Counted from the stretch's first letter, positions 1-12,030 are shown. The stretch: 64,000 nt of DNA from Candidatus Latescibacterota bacterium (GCA_965217865.1 CBDCJO010000001.1:256001-320000); one strand, 5' to 3'. A program made the numbers and translations. The notes: generated by a model from the letters alone, not told the origin.

Positions 1-3000
1 GGGATACCCGGTTCCGGGGGATTGTCCCCCTTCACGATCGCTTCATAGATCTTGGACCGGCCCGCCACGTCGTCGGACTTGACGGTCAACATCTCCTGGA
101 GCAAGTGTGCGGCCCCGTATGCCTCTAGGGCCCACACCTCCATCTCGCCGAACCGTTGTCCTCCGAACTGGGCCTTACCACCCAGAGGCTGCTGAGTGAC
201 GAGGGAGTAAGGTCCGATAGAGCGGGCATGGATCTTATCCGCGACAAGATGGGACAGTTTCATCATGTAAATCTTTCCCACCACCACCTCTTTTTCGAAG
301 GGATCACCCGTCTTCCCGTCGTAAAGAACCGTCTTTCCGGATGGCGGGAGGCCGGCCTCCTCCAGGGTCCGATTGACCTCCTCGAACGTGGCCCCGTCAA
401 AGACGGGAGCTGCCATGTATTCGTTGAGTTCACCCGCGGCCCAGCCCAGATGCGTTTCAAAGATCTGCCCCAGATTCATCCGGGAAGGTACGCCCAGCGG
501 GTTCAGGATGATATCCACGGGTGTTCCGTCGGGAAGATAGGGCATGTCCTCTACCGGAACGACGATCGAAACGACCCCTTTATTCCCGTGCCGCCCGGCC
601 ATCTTGTCGCCCACGGACAATTTCCGCTTTCGGGCGATATAGACCTTGACGAGCTGGACGATACCCGGAGGGAGTTCATCTCCCCTTGCAATCTTATCCA
701 TCTCGCGTTCCAGTTCCTCGTTCGCCTGTATCACAAGCCGGTCGGCGAGGTCTACAATCTGCGCGACCCGCCGATCTACCCCGCGATCCTCCGTCCAGCT
801 GTGGTCGGGCCGAACGATGTCCAGATCGATCTTCTCTTCGAGTTTGCGATCGAAGGCCTTCCCCTCCCGTGCGAATACGGAGTTGTCCTCGATGTTTCTC
901 AAAAGGCCGACCTTGCGATCCATCAGAAGCTCCTTGACCTGCTCGTCGCGTGCGGCCTTGATCCCATCGATCTTCGCGCTCATCTCCTTCTTCAGCCGAT
1001 TCACCTTCTCCCGATCCGACTTTTTTGTCTTCTCGTCCCGCTCCTTCCGGGAAAAAACCTTCCGGTCCATCACCACCCCGTCCATGCCCGATGGCGCTCG
1101 AAGGGAGGCGTCCCGGACGTCGCCGGCCTTTTCGCCGAAAATCGCCCTGAGCAACCGCTCCTCCGGAGAGAGCTCGGTCTCCCCTTTCGGGGTCACCTTG
1201 CCCACCAGGATGTCGCTCGCCCCAACCTCCGCACCCACTCGTATGATCCCCTCGTCGTCCAGATTCCGAACCGCCTGTTCGCTGACGTTCGGGATCTCCC
1301 GGGTAATCTCTTCGGAACCGCGTTTGGTATCGCGCACCTGCAGCTCGAACTCCTCGATGTGTATCGACGTAAAAATGTCATCTTTCAGAAGCCGTTCGCT
1401 GCAGATGATGGCGTCCTCGAAATTGTATCCGTTCCAAGACATAAACGCGACCGTAACGTTGCTTCCCAGGGCAAGGTCCCCCCTGTCCGTTGCGCAACCG
1501 TCGGCCAGGATGTCCCCGGCAGCCACCCGATCCCCCTTCCAAACGATCGGCCGTTGATTGATGCAACAATCCTGGTTCGACCGTTTAAATTTCGTCAAGC
1601 GGTAGACGTCCGTGTCGAAAAGGTTGACCACATCCCCCCCGCTTTTGGGCCGATCCCGCTTTACAACGATCCGGTCCGCGCTCACGTAAGCCACCGACCC
1701 CTGGTTCTTTGCCAGGACAACGGCCCCCGAATCGATGGCAACTTTCCGCTCCATCCCCGTGCCCACGAGCGGCGCATCGGTTTTCAAAAGAGGCACCGCC
1801 TGGCGCTGCATGTTGGATCCCATCAGCGCACGGTTCGCATCGTCATGCTCCAGGAACGGGATCAGGGCCGCCGCAACGCTGACAAGCTGTTTCGGGGAGA
1901 CATCCATGTATTTCACATCCGTCGACACCACCAGCGGGAAATCCCCCCGCAGACGGGCCTGGACCAGAGACTCTGTGAACCTGCCCCGCTTGTCCACCGA
2001 GGCGTTTGCCTGAGCGATGACATACCGGTCCTCTTGATCTGCGGAGAGGTACTCGATCTCTTCGGTCACCTTCCCGTTCTTGACGACGCGGTACGGAGTC
2101 TCCAGAAATCCGAACCGATTGACGCGGGCGAAAGTGGAAAGCGAAGCGATCAGGCCGATATTGGGCCCTTCCGGGGTCTCGATCGGACAAATGCGTCCAT
2201 AGTGCGTGTGGTGGACGTCCCGAACCTCGAACCCCGCCCGGTCCCGCGTCAACCCTCCGGGACCCAGCGCGGACAAACGTCTCTTGTGGGTCAACTCGTC
2301 GAGCGGGTTTGTCTGTTGCATGAACTGAGAGAGCTGGCTGCTGCCGAAGAAAGACCCGATCACCGTTGAGATCGTACGGGCGTTGATCAAATCGTGAGGC
2401 GTCAACGATTCCGAATCCCTCAGACTCATCCGTTCGCGAATCGTCCGCGCCATCCGGGACATGCCCACTGAGAACTGCTGAGACAGGAGCTCCCCCACGG
2501 ACCGGATTCGCCGATTTCCAAGATGGTCGATGTCGTCCGTAAAACCGTTTCCCTTGCGCAACTCGACCAGATAACGGATCAGTCTGAGAAAGTCCTCGAC
2601 GTGCAGAACGGTATAATCCAAAGGGATATCCATGTCGAAACGCTGATTGATCCGATAGCGTCCCACCTCACCGAGATAATACCGCTTGGGGCTGAAGAAG
2701 AGCCGTTCAAGAAGACCTCTTGCGGTCTCGATATTCGGTGGATCCCCCGGCCGAAGAAGGTTGTAAATCCGGACCAGGGATTCCTGAGAATTGTCCGTGG
2801 GGTCTTTCTTCAGCGTGTTTGTGATGACCCCGGCATCGTTTGCCTCGTCGATGTCAAGCACATCGATCCGGGCGATTCGGGCGCTTTTAAGCGACTGAAG
2901 GTGCTCCTCCGTCAGCGTCTCGAAGGCCTCCACGACGACTTCGCCCGATTTTTTGTTGACGGCGTCGGAGGCCGTGATTCGGCCCACGACATCCTCATCG

Positions 3001-3692
3001 ACTTTGGCCGGAGCAACCCCGTGAAAAAGGCTCAGGATCTCCCCGCTTTTCGAATAGCCCAACGCCCGCAAGAACAACGTCACCGGGAGTTTACGCTTAC
3101 GCTCGATGTGGACATACATGATATCATTGATGTCCATGCTGAACTCGAGCCAAGAACCCCGGAAGGGGATGATTCGGGCGGAAAACAACCGCTTTCCATT
3201 CGGGTGGGTCGTCTCGTCGAAAAAGACTCCCGGCGAACGGTGAAGCTGGCTCACGATGACCCGTTCCGAGCCGTTGATGATGAAAGTCCCCTGTTCGGTC
3301 ATCAGGGGAAGTTCGCCCAGGAACACCGTCTGCTCCACAATGTCCCGGACGCGGCTCTCTTTGTCCTGACGGTCTCGGGCGATCAGCCGCAAAGTCGCTC
3401 GGAGGGGAGCGGCATGCGTCGTACCCCGCTCCTGACATTCCTCAACGACGTATTTAGGACCCCCGATCGAATAATTAACGAATTCCAAGGAGTAAAAATT
3501 ATGGACGTCTGAGATCGGAAAAATGCTGTTGAAAACGGCCTGAAGGCCCTGATTCTTTCGATCCCCCGGAGGTGTATCGGCCTGCAGAAACCAAGTGTAG
3601 GAATCGGTCTGAATGTCCAGGAAGTTGGGCATTTCGATCGAATCGTGGAGTTTGGCGAAGCTTCGCCGCTGGATGAACCCTTTCTTTTCCAA
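1..3692 (-). CDS. rpoB: RNA polymerase beta subunit (3' end runs off the window)
   Basis: Manual minus-strand translation: TTG start, [28 protein letters not shown]; the window start reads [32 protein letters not shown] in the same frame; lies downstream of rplL. Confidence 0.98.
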   Translation of the reverse strand, partial: MEKKGFIQRRSFAKLHDSIEMPNFLDIQTDSYTWFLQADTPPGDRKNQGLQAVFNSIFPISDVHNFYSLEFVNYSIGGPKYVVEECQERGTTHAAPLRATLRLIARDRQDKESRVRDIVEQTVFLGELPLMTEQGTFIINGSERVIVSQLHRSPGVFFDETTHPNGKRLFSARIIPFRGSWLEFSMDINDIMYVHIERKRKLPVTLFLRALGYSKSGEILSLFHGVAPAKVDEDVVGRITASDAVNKKSGEVVVEAFETLTEEHLQSLKSARIARIDVLDIDEANDAGVITNTLKKDPTDNSQESLVRIYNLLRPGDPPNIETARGLLERLFFSPKRYYLGEVGRYRINQRFDMDIPLDYTVLHVEDFLRLIRYLVELRKGNGFTDDIDHLGNRRIRSVGELLSQQFSVGMSRMARTIRERMSLRDSESLTPHDLINARTISTVIGSFFGSSQLSQFMQQTNPLDELTHKRRLSALGPGGLTRDRAGFEVRDVHHTHYGRICPIETPEGPNIGLIASLSTFARVNRFGFLETPYRVVKNGKVTEEIEYLSADQEDRYVIAQANASVDKRGRFTESLVQARLRGDFPLVVSTDVKYMDVSPKQLVSVAAALIPFLEHDDANRALMGSNMQRQAVPLLKTDAPLVGTGMERKVAIDSGAVVLAKNQGSVAYVSADRIVVKRDRPKSGGDVVNLFDTDVYRLTKFKRSNQDCCINQRPIVWKGDRVAAGDILADGCATDRGDLALGSNVTVAFMSWNGYNFEDAIICSERLLKDDIFTSIHIEEFELQVRDTKRGSEEITREIPNVSEQAVRNLDDEGIIRVGAEVGASDILVGKVTPKGETELSPEERLLRAIFGEKAGDVRDASLRAPSGMDGVVMDRKVFSRKERDEKTKKSDREKVNRLKKEMSAKIDGIKAARDEQVKELLMDRKVGLLRNIEDNSVFAREGKAFDRKLEEKIDLDIVRPDHSWTEDRGVDRRVAQIVDLADRLVIQANEELEREMDKIARGDELPPGIVQLVKVYIARKRKLSVGDKMAGRHGNKGVVSIVVPVEDMPYLPDGTPVDIILNPLGVPSRMNLGQIFETHLGWAAGELNEYMAAPVFDGATFEEVNRTLEEAGLPPSGKTVLYDGKTGDPFEKEVVVGKIYMMKLSHLVADKIHARSIGPYSLVTQQPLGGKAQFGGQRFGEMEVWALEAYGAAHLLQEMLTVKSDDVAGRSKIYEAIVKGDNPPEPGI

Positions 3693-3789
3693 AGCGCCTC
3701 GTTCCTTGATCAAAGAAATCAGGTTGTTTAATACTTCGGAAGGGAGAAAACCGGACCCGCTCAGGAAACCCGTCCCACCGGGGGAAATT

Positions 3790-4164
3790 TCATTTGATCT
3801 CCACGACCGCCCCGGCATTTTCAAGCTGCGTTTTTAGGGTTTGTGCCTCCTCCTTAGACACACCTTCTTTCACAGGGTTTGGCGCCCCGTCAACAAGGTC
3901 TTTGGCCTCTTTCAGCCCAAGACTCGTGATGGAACGAACCTCCTTAATCACCTGGATCTTCTTCTCGCCCGGGCTTGACAGGATGACGTCAAACTCGGTC
4001 TGCTCCTCCTCCGCTGGGACCGCTTCTCCCGCCGCTGGGGCCGCCGCGACCACAGCGGCTTGGGCTTTGACTCCAAATTTTTCCTCCAGGGCTTTTACCA
4101 GTTCTGAAAGTTCAAGTACCGACAATTTCTCGATCTGACCGATAATATCTTCGATAGCCATCAT
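3790..4164 (-). CDS. rplL: 50S ribosomal protein L7/L12
   Basis: [34 protein letters not shown] motifs. Confidence 0.99.
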   Translation of the reverse strand: MMAIEDIIGQIEKLSVLELSELVKALEEKFGVKAQAAVVAAAPAAGEAVPAEEEQTEFDVILSSPGEKKIQVIKEVRSITSLGLKEAKDLVDGAPNPVKEGVSKEEAQTLKTQLENAGAVVEIK

Positions 4165-4275
4165 TGCCTCCGTTGTTAATGAGAACCGTATGATTTCAAA
4201 TCCTAGAATATGGGTTAAATACCGACTGATGAGCCTGACCCTTTCCGGAACCGAGAACCGCAGAACGGCCAGAGG

Positions 4276-4821
4276 TTACGCCGAACCCTCCTCCTCCTGC
4301 CGTTTCTCGGCCAACGAGTGGAGCGTCCCGACCAGCTTCTGGAGGACCCCATTAAGACACATCGCTAAACCGGCTATGGGCCCCTGGATAGACGACACCA
4401 ACTGGGAGAGCAAAACATCCCTGGGGGGAATCGACGCCAACTGTTCAACCTGAACGCCCGTATAAAGCGTCTCTTCGACGATCCCTCCTTTGATCTTTAG
4501 GGACAACTCCTTTTTTGCGAAATCCGCCAGAACCTTGGCCGGTGCCAACGGGTCCTCCTCGGTGGTGACGATCCCCGTTGGCCCTGTGAGATAGTCGCGA
4601 AGAGGGGCGTAGCCTGCCCTATCCGCAGCGATTGCGGTAAGCCTGTTCTTGACCACCAGGTAAGAGCAGGAGGCCTCCCGCAACCGGGCCCTCAAATCGG
4701 TCATCGCCGCCACGTTTATACCCGTGAAATCGGTCAAAATGATCCCCTTCGACCTCTCGAAAAGTTCTAATATTTCCGTAACTTCGGCCTCTTTTTTTGC
4801 CGTAGGCAAGGTGAACTCCAT
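4276..4821 (-). CDS. rplJ: 50S ribosomal protein L10
   Basis: DFTGINVAAMTDLR, VVKNRL, LTGPT; synteny. Confidence 0.98.
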   Translation of the reverse strand: MEFTLPTAKKEAEVTEILELFERSKGIILTDFTGINVAAMTDLRARLREASCSYLVVKNRLTAIAADRAGYAPLRDYLTGPTGIVTTEEDPLAPAKVLADFAKKELSLKIKGGIVEETLYTGVQVEQLASIPPRDVLLSQLVSSIQGPIAGLAMCLNGVLQKLVGTLHSLAEKRQEEEGSA

Positions 4822-4832
4822 CGTTGGTCGTT

Positions 4833-5525
4833 CTAATTTACCAGGCTGGCCCGGTCGATTCGGATGCCCGGGCTCATCGTTGTAGAAAGCGTTACGCTCC
4901 GGATATACTGGCCTTTAACACCGGGCGGTTTTGCCCGGACGATGGCATCGAGCAAGGCTCTGGAATTCTCCACGATTTTCCCATGCTCGAAGGAAACCTT
5001 TCCGACCGGTGCGTGGATATTGCCCGCCCGGTCTACTCGAAATTCGATCCGACCTGCTTTCGCCTCCCGCACCGCTTTTCCCACTTCCGAAGTAACCGTT
5101 CCGCTCTTGGGGTTCGGCATCAATCCCCGTGGCCCCAGGATCTTTCCAAGACGGCCCACGCTCCCCATCAAGTCGGGACTGGCGACGACCACGTCGAAGT
5201 CAACCCAGCCCCCGGAAATCTTCTTGATGAGGTCGTCGTTGCCCACATAGTCCGCCCCCGCTTCCAGTGCCTCGGATTCCAATTCACCTTTGGTCAGGAC
5301 AAGGACCTTCACGGACCCCCCGGTGCCGTGGGGAAGCAGGATGGTTCCCCGGACAACCTGGTCCGCGTGTCTCGGATCCACACCTAAATTCATGGAAACC
5401 TCCACCGTTTCGTTAAACTTCCGGCGAGGCATCTCCATCAACATCTTGATGGCGGTATCCAGGGGATATTGCGTCCGGCGGTCCACCTTCGCCTGCATCT
5501 CTTTGTAAAGCTTTCCGTTGCTCAC
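4833..5525 (-). CDS. rplA: 50S ribosomal protein L1
   Basis: [35 protein letters not shown]. Confidence 0.99.
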   Translation of the reverse strand: MSNGKLYKEMQAKVDRRTQYPLDTAIKMLMEMPRRKFNETVEVSMNLGVDPRHADQVVRGTILLPHGTGGSVKVLVLTKGELESEALEAGADYVGNDDLIKKISGGWVDFDVVVASPDLMGSVGRLGKILGPRGLMPNPKSGTVTSEVGKAVREAKAGRIEFRVDRAGNIHAPVGKVSFEHGKIVENSRALLDAIVRAKPPGVKGQYIRSVTLSTTMSPGIRIDRASLVN

Positions 5526-5527
5526 GT

Positions 5528-5953
5528 CTATTCCTCCACGGTAATCCCCATGCTTCGGGCGGTTCCGGCGATCATTCGGGTGGCCGAATCGAGATCCTTC
5601 GTGTTCAGGTCCACCAGCTTGAGATGTGCGATCTCCAGAACCTGAGCAGAAGACACCTTTCCGACTTTTTGCCGGTTGGATTCCGGAGACCCTTTTTCCA
5701 GACCCGCCGCCCTTTTTAAAAGAACCGATGCGGGCGGCGTCTTGGTGATGAACGTGAAGCTTCGGTCGGCGTAGATCGTGATCACGACGGGGATGATGAG
5801 CCCGCCTTTGTCCTGGGTTTGAGCGTTGAAGGCCTTACAAAATTCCATGATATTCACGCCGTGTTGTCCCAAAGCCGGCCCCACGGGCGGCGTGGGCGTT
5901 GCCTTGCCTGCGGGAATCTGAAGCTTGACGACAACCAGGACTTTTTTGGCCAA
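5528..5953 (-). CDS. rplK: 50S ribosomal protein L11
   Basis: [39 protein letters not shown]. Confidence 0.99.
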   Translation of the reverse strand: MAKKVLVVVKLQIPAGKATPTPPVGPALGQHGVNIMEFCKAFNAQTQDKGGLIIPVVITIYADRSFTFITKTPPASVLLKRAAGLEKGSPESNRQKVGKVSSAQVLEIAHLKLVDLNTKDLDSATRMIAGTARSMGITVEE

Positions 5954-5975
5954 AGTCGAACCTCCTTAAATCTTT

Positions 5976-6515
5976 CTATTCCTTCTGTTCGAACGGCTCC
6001 ACCTGAAGCACATCGAGTTCGACAGGGGTATTCCGTCCAAAGATGCTCACCATCACCTTGATTTTGCTCTTTTCGGGGTTCATGTCATCGACCGATCCCA
6101 AGAAATCGCTGAAAGGACCGTCGATGACTTTGACCTTGTCCCCGATGCGATATGGCACGGTCTCCTCATCCTGGGTCTTCCCCCTGTCGATCTGTCCGAG
6201 GATTCGGTCCACTTCCTCTTCCCTCAAAGCGACCGGTTTCTTTCCAGGTCCTACAAAGTTGGTAACCCCGGGGACATTCGTTATAAAATGCAATGATTCC
6301 TTGGTTAGATCCATTTCGACCAGGACATAACTGGGCAAAAATTTTCTCGTAACGGTTGTCTTCCGGCCGTCCTTCATCTCGACGACCTCCTCGGTAGGAA
6401 CCACTACTTGAGCCACCTTCCCGAAGACGCTCGGGTCATTGGAGGCCGCGCTCTCTATATAGTGTTTGACCTTGTTTTCGTGGCCGGAATATGTGTGTAC
6501 GACGTACCAGCGCAT
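5976..6515 (-). CDS. nusG: Transcription termination/antitermination factor NusG
   Basis: WYVVHTYSGHE, KOW motif GDKVKVIDGPF, IFGRNTPVEL. Confidence 0.99.
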   Translation of the reverse strand: MRWYVVHTYSGHENKVKHYIESAASNDPSVFGKVAQVVVPTEEVVEMKDGRKTTVTRKFLPSYVLVEMDLTKESLHFITNVPGVTNFVGPGKKPVALREEEVDRILGQIDRGKTQDEETVPYRIGDKVKVIDGPFSDFLGSVDDMNPEKSKIKVMVSIFGRNTPVELDVLQVEPFEQKE

Positions 6516-6527
6516 GGATTCAACGGT

Positions 6528-6713
6528 CTACTTGAGGGCGGAAGCCATTCCCTTCGACAGGATGAAATCGAAGATGAACACAAAAATCGACAACGTAAAC
6601 GAGATCGCCAGCACGATCCAGGTCGAGGAGATCAGTTCCTCCCTTGTCGGCCATGCCACTTTCCCCATTTCGCTCTGGACTTCTTTCAAAAATTGCCCGA
6701 TTTTTTTGAACAT
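6528..6713 (-). CDS. secE: Preprotein translocase SecE
   Basis: EVQSEMGKVAWPTREEL followed by one TM helix; upstream of nusG. Confidence 0.97.
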   Translation of the reverse strand: MFKKIGQFLKEVQSEMGKVAWPTREELISSTWIVLAISFTLSIFVFIFDFILSKGMASALK

Positions 6714-6819
6714 ATCCTTTATCGTTCCGACCTTGGTCCTCAGACAACGACGGGACCTTCCCCCAAGAGGTGGGGAAGGCGGAGAACACTCGATCAGCTG
6801 AACTCAATGAGGATAATGC

Positions 6820-6895
6820 TGGCAGGGGCGGCAGGACTTGAACCCGCAACCGCTGGTTTTGGAGACCAGTGCTCTACCAGTTGAGCTACACCCCT
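6820..6895 (-). tRNA. tRNA-Trp(CCA)
   Basis: Cloverleaf AGGGGTG...; anticodon arm CTGGT-CT-CCA-AA-ACCAG; CCA end encoded. Confidence 0.98.
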
Positions 6896-6906
6896 GCAAG
6901 GGGGAA

Positions 6907-7059
6907 TTAGCGAGTCTCCCGGTGTGAGGTATGCTTTCGACAAAATCGGCAATACCTCTTCTGCTCGATACGATCCGGGTGAAGCCGCCTGTTTTTATTC
7001 GTCGTATAGTTTCTTCGGCGGCATTCACCGCAAGCCATGATGACGAGGTCTCGAGGCAT
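6907..7059 (-). CDS. rpmG: 50S ribosomal protein L33 (Zn-ribbon type, 50 aa; not in the ORF track)
   Basis: [50 protein letters not shown] with two CxxC pairs. Confidence 0.97.
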   Translation of the reverse strand: MPRDLVIMACGECRRRNYTTNKNRRLHPDRIEQKRYCRFCRKHTSHRETR

Positions 7060-7093
7060 GACGCTCTGCTTGCCCTCACAGGAGTTTGGGTAA

Positions 7094-7166
7094 AGCCCAC
7101 GACCGGACTCGAACCGGTGGCCTTTTCCTTACCAAGGAAACGCTCTACCTCCTGAGCTACATGGGC
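7094..7166 (-). tRNA. tRNA-Thr(GGT)
   Basis: GCCCATG acceptor stem; anticodon loop TT-GGT-AA; GGTTCGA T-arm; CCA not encoded. Confidence 0.97.
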
Positions 7167-7365
7167 ACGCGGATTGGCAGAATCGTCTCTTTAGACCGAT
7201 GATTTGCCGCTCTGCCACCGGCTTTTATATTCACGGAGATGATGAGAAAAGGACAGCCCCTTGGTCAGGGAGGATAACGATTCGCTGAATCGTTGGTTGG
7301 GAAGGGACAATAAATTATTATTTAACCGTCAATTAACTAATGTTTTGAACCGACTCTTGCGATGT

Positions 7366-7442
7366 TGGAGCGGGAAACGGGATTCGAACCCGCGACCCTC
7401 AGCTTGGAAGGCTGACGCTCTAGCCAACTGAGCTATTCCCGC
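7366..7442 (-). tRNA. tRNA-Gly(TCC)
   Basis: GCGGGAA acceptor stem; anticodon arm TCAGC-CT-TCC-AA-GCTGA; CCA end. Confidence 0.98.
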
Positions 7443-7543
7443 CCTCGGTTCGGTACCTTTCGGGTACAGGGATATTGAACCCCAAAAAATCTGTCCGTGC
7501 CAAACTAAAAAAGGAAAATTTTGCCATCACTCAAAGACTGAAG

Positions 7544-7572
7544 AATATACAAAGAAAAAACAAAAAAGTCAA
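7544..7572 (-). promoter_or_regulatory. sigma70-like promoter for tRNA-Gly/Thr and downstream genes
   Basis: TTGACT-17 bp-TATATT on the minus strand. Confidence 0.65.
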
Positions 7573-7659
7573 GCCTTTACGGAAATTTATCCACGGGATC
7601 AAAGACCAATCTCGGAAGGGGATCTTGACTTTCAGGGAATTAAACAGAGGATGGGTTTG

Positions 7660-7742
7660 TGGGGAGGGCAGGACTCGAACCTGCGTAGGCATTAGCCAAC
7701 AGATTTACAGTCTGCCCCGTTTGACCACTCCGGAACCTCCCC
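7660..7742 (-). tRNA. tRNA-Tyr(GTA)
   Basis: GGGGAGG acceptor stem; anticodon arm GCAGA-CT-GTA-AA-TCTGT; long variable arm. Confidence 0.97.
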
Positions 7743-8055
7743 ACGACCAGATCAGGACAAAAACAAGAAATCAAAAGGCCCTGTCAAAGTCAAGGGTAAA
7801 ATGCGTCGGGCCATCCCGTCTTACCCACGAGATCATCAGACGGACGGGAGTGAAACCGGAGTTTTCGCCCCCCCGTGCGTGTGTCGATTTTGACTTCCTC
7901 CCATCCGTCCTTATATTCATGACATTCAGCTGACGAGAATGTTATCTCCTTGTCCTATTCATTTGAAACCCATTTCGGTTTCGGGCGTACAAAAACTAGG
8001 GAAAGTTAATCAACCAGCGTGAATCTTCATAGCTCATCCAGAAGGAGGCCCACCA

Positions 8056-9302
8056 TGTTGGCGAAGATGACCCCCTGTCGGTGGGTTGTTTGCCTCCTGA
8101 TCTGTATCTTCCTTCCAGCAGGTGAGACATACGGGGCAAACCCCAAAGACCTCCTGAATCTGAAAAAAATCAGGAAAAAGCTGAAACTATCATCCGCCCA
8201 GCAGGACACAGCAAGGCAGAAGGTCGACCAGATCAAGGACATCCTGACCCGTTTCGAGTGGGACTTTGCAAAGATGACGTGTGAAGCCGCCATCTGGAAA
8301 GGCGAACGGACTTCTCTTAAGGTGATAAAGGATCGCAAGAAAGATGCCTATACCCAGGTAGAGAACCTCTTGAAGACCTTCAGAGACGGTCTTGACAACC
8401 GACAGAAACAGCGTCTGGCCAAGATGATGGAAGGTTGGGAGGGGTTGTTGGATCTCCAATTTAACAAGGACATCCCCTTCTACTATATCGATACGCGACC
8501 CGTGTTCAGGAAAATGGAGAATGACCGCAATGTGCCTTACCTAAATTTTACCAAACCTCCCAGCATAGAATCTCCTGAGCGCTATAGAGATGTTCTGAAA
8601 CGGTGGACAGCCAGAACCTACATCTCTACCTTGACCCTCGGAGAAAACCAGATGCCCGGAATCGCCGATGCGCCCGAGCTGAATATCCGATCCGTGGGGA
8701 CTTCGCTGGAGGGAAATCTGGTCCGTTCTCCGTTGATCATTTCCGCCACCCTGATGGCCCCCGACCTGGTGAAAGCCGAAATCGATCACCTCAACACCTA
8801 TTATAAGTCTGAGGATCAGACCCTGGATGAGCTCCGGAAGGCCTACAGCGAGAAGAACCAGGTGGGTGATGCCATCCTTATCCGCATAAAGCTGACCACG
8901 CCCTTTGCGGCCCCCTACCTCGATCTCGACAACTGGATCATCTACCTCGAAGACAATGAAGGCACGGGATATGAGCCCGCCGATATGAAGGTGGTGGCGA
9001 TTCATCCGATCGAAGCGATCAAGATCGATGTCCCGGGACAAACCTACGAGGTGACCGACGTGCTCGGTACGTACTACCCTTATGTTCCGGGTGAGAAGAC
9101 CTACTTGACCCAGGGGGCGGCGAAGTTCACCTATGTGGGATATGAAGCCCAGGTAAAGGCCTTTTTCCCCGCATACAAACTTGGGGGCGCCCCCGTCATT
9201 TCACCCAGAACAAAATTCTTAAAGCTGATCATCAAAGCCGCGAAAGACAGAAGCTTCGAGGGCGAGGCCAAATGGAACTTTAAGAGATCGAGGAAATCGT
9301 GA
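8056..9302 (+). CDS. Hypothetical exported protein with an N-terminal Spy/CpxP-like helical region
   Basis: AGGAGG RBS before ATG; signal-peptide-like N-terminus; LKLSSAQQ and LDNRQKQ resemble LTxxQ motifs. Confidence 0.75.
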
Positions 9303-9402
9303 ATGGCACGGGGGGGCCGCACGTCAATCGTTTGACATGAAACGTGCGTTCCGGATCCCTTTTTTCCTCTGACGCTCAACGCATCGGATTGGACCCTTTG
9401 AC

Positions 9403-10804
9403 GATGTTCATTATGTCAGCTTCCACGTTTTCCAGTTACATATCCCCAAAAACCCTCCTGCTCCTCATATTCCTCTCGGCTTTCGGCTTCGTCCGCACGG
9501 CCATCGGGCAGAATGCCACGGTCTATGACTACACGGTGCCCGTGAGCAGTGCAAAAAGCCTTCAGTTCGACTTCGCCTATTCATACTCGGCAACTGGGGA
9601 GACGGTAACGAACAGGAATGGAAATCTTGTTCTTTTCTACGAGAAATTTTACGATTCCCTCCCATTCGCCTATTCCCTCGACGTCAACGGCTCGGCGGTG
9701 CTCACCCATACAAACCCCGCCGGGGATTTCAATCTGAGCGGACGGACGGATGCTATAGACGGAGCTCTTCTTGCAAACTATTTCTTCCTTCAGGGGGGAA
9801 TGGGTTCCTCCCGGACCGACACCTCCCGATTCAACACTCTCTTCGACCTGAACCGGGACGGGATTCTGGACACCGCCGACCTCGACGAATTCTCGAATGT
9901 ATTCGGTCAAAAGGCGGAGGATGACCTGACATACAAGAGTGGGTTTTCAGGGAGGGGGAAAAAGTACTTCCAAAACGGGTCAGATTTTTTCGGGTTCGGA
10001 GATTTCAATATTCGAATGAGCGATACGTTCGACCGACCTGACACGGATGTTACGCCCGGGTTGGGTTACGGTCGCTTCATCAGTGCCACCCCCCTTGCCA
10101 AGGCCGTTCGGATCGAAGCGTTTCTGCTTAAGGAGAAGGCCGCGTCTGGTTACCTGCCCCGGGAAAAGCTCGTGGAGCTCGGCCACGTTATCCAGCGGGA
10201 GGATGAATTCAAAGAGCGCTACGGTCCCACCTACCGCAAATGGTGGTTCGAAGAGATGGAACGGGTTATCATCGCGTCGGGTGTGGCCCCGAAGGGAATC
10301 GGCGCGGGAGGGATTCTGCGGATCAACGAAGTCCTTTTCGAGGAGCGAGTCAACGAGCGGTTTTACGGATGGGAGACATCCGCTGGCGTGAACTTTCAAA
10401 CGACCTCCCCATTCACAGGCCAGGCGCGTAGAGATCCGGGTGCGAGTTTCGGGTTGCGTTATGCGAAACCTATCGGATGGAAGCACCAGGTCAGTGGAAG
10501 GATCGACCTGGCAAGCCCCCTGACGGGACGGTTCGGTAAAGAATACAAACTCACATTCTCCGAAGATTATGTCTACGAGATGAGCAATCGGGTCGACTTT
10601 ATTATCAGGGATAACCTGGCGCTCGATATCCAGGACGGCACCGGGACAAAGAACCGACACATCATCAGCAATGTCCTTTCGGCTGCATTCATCTTCTTCG
10701 TCGAAAACAAGACGACTTTTTCAGTGAACGCCCAATTCGACAAGGTCGAAGGGAGTCCTCTCCTCCAGAGCTATTCGGGGAACCTGAATTACAGAATTTT
10801 TTAA
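9403..10804 (+). CDS. Putative outer-membrane beta-barrel protein with an internal dockerin-like/EF-hand pair
   Basis: Signal peptide, amphipathic strands, C-terminal NLNYRIF beta-signal; internal GDFNLSGRTDAID and DLNRDGILDTADL; start uncertain. Confidence 0.75.
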
Positions 10805-11877
10805 CCCCCCTTCGGCGCTTTGTAAAAAGGCGTCTCCACAATCTTCCCTTTTATCCCACTTCCTTCCGATAGAACTTCCACCTGGCTCCCCGGCTCGTTG
10901 CAGTCCCGCTTGACATAACCGAACGCGATGATCGCGTTGAGCGACGGTGAAAAAATACTGCTGGTCAATCGGCCGATCTCCACCTCATCCTTCGTCACGC
11001 GGTCGCCGGCCGAGGGTAAAACATCCCCCTCGAACACGAACCCGACCAGATGACGCCTGGGCTTCCCCAGGTTGGTCATCTTTGAGATCACTTCCTGGCC
11101 GACATAACAACCCTTGTCGAGACTAACCGCGTGAGGGATCGAAGATTCGATCGGAGTTGAACGCTCCTCGATGTCGACACCGCATACGGGGATGCCCGCC
11201 TCCATCCGCAACAAACCCAATGTCGAAAGACCGACCGGCTTCACGTCCTTTCCCGAGGATTGAATCCGGTTCCACATCTCTTCTGCCTTTTCGGGGTGGG
11301 TATACAGGACATACCCGATCTCCCCCGTGTCCTCCCATCGAACAACCAGATGATCCCGTTCCTGGGCGGAACCGTATGGCTCCAACCCGGAGAGGTCCGT
11401 CTCCAGGATCGACCCGATTACTTCACCCGAAGCTCGGCCGGAGATCGCGATAGCGGACAACTGTTCCGTCACATCCTCGATATCAACGTCCTCCGAAATC
11501 AGGTAACGGTCGAGCGTTTCCCGGACCTTCTTTTCCAACCCTGCGTCCACGTCGAGCAGAAAATATTCGGGCCGACAGTATACCTTGAGATCCGCTAGAG
11601 TCTGGCCTTGCGCCGTCATCAGGACAGCATAATGACCCTGCCCGTGTCTCAATCCCTTGACGTCGTTTGTGATCATACCGTGGAGAAATGGTGTTCGGTC
11701 CTCTCCGGTCAACTTGAGTTTTCCACGATGGCTCAAGTCGATCAAGCCCGCCGCTGACCTGACGCACCGATGTTCGGAAAGAACATCGCCATAGTCGGCA
11801 ACGGTCTCCCAATCCTTTACGTTCGAAAATCGCGCACCAAGTTTTCGATGGAGTTCATAGAGTGGAGACCGATTCAT
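10801..11877 (-). CDS. ygfZ: YgfZ/GcvT-like folate-binding aminomethyltransferase-family protein
   Basis: GcvT-fold motifs (SPLYELH, DLSHRG) plus the YgfZ signature KGCYVGQE. Confidence 0.85.
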   Translation of the reverse strand: MNRSPLYELHRKLGARFSNVKDWETVADYGDVLSEHRCVRSAAGLIDLSHRGKLKLTGEDRTPFLHGMITNDVKGLRHGQGHYAVLMTAQGQTLADLKVYCRPEYFLLDVDAGLEKKVRETLDRYLISEDVDIEDVTEQLSAIAISGRASGEVIGSILETDLSGLEPYGSAQERDHLVVRWEDTGEIGYVLYTHPEKAEEMWNRIQSSGKDVKPVGLSTLGLLRMEAGIPVCGVDIEERSTPIESSIPHAVSLDKGCYVGQEVISKMTNLGKPRRHLVGFVFEGDVLPSAGDRVTKDEVEIGRLTSSIFSPSLNAIIAFGYVKRDCNEPGSQVEVLSEGSGIKGKIVETPFYKAPKGG

Positions 11878-12001
11878 CTTTTCTTCCTCCTTCTTAGTTC
11901 TTCTTCAAACATTCTAAAATTTAACCGATCTAATTTTAATCTTAAACCTAAATGTGATCGACCGACTTCAGAAAAAATTACATTCGAAATTAAATTTTTT
12001 C

Positions 12002-12030
12002 TTGCCTTATTCATTAAGCTGGACTATATT
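12002..12030 (+). promoter_or_regulatory. sigma70-like promoter upstream of the histone-like gene
   Basis: TTGCCT-17 bp-TATATT preceded by an AT-rich UP-like tract. Confidence 0.55.

Noticed and set aside
156-3512. Long plus-strand ORFs (737 aa, 329 aa)
   Set aside because: Antisense shadows of rpoB, which is missing from the track only because it lacks a stop in the window
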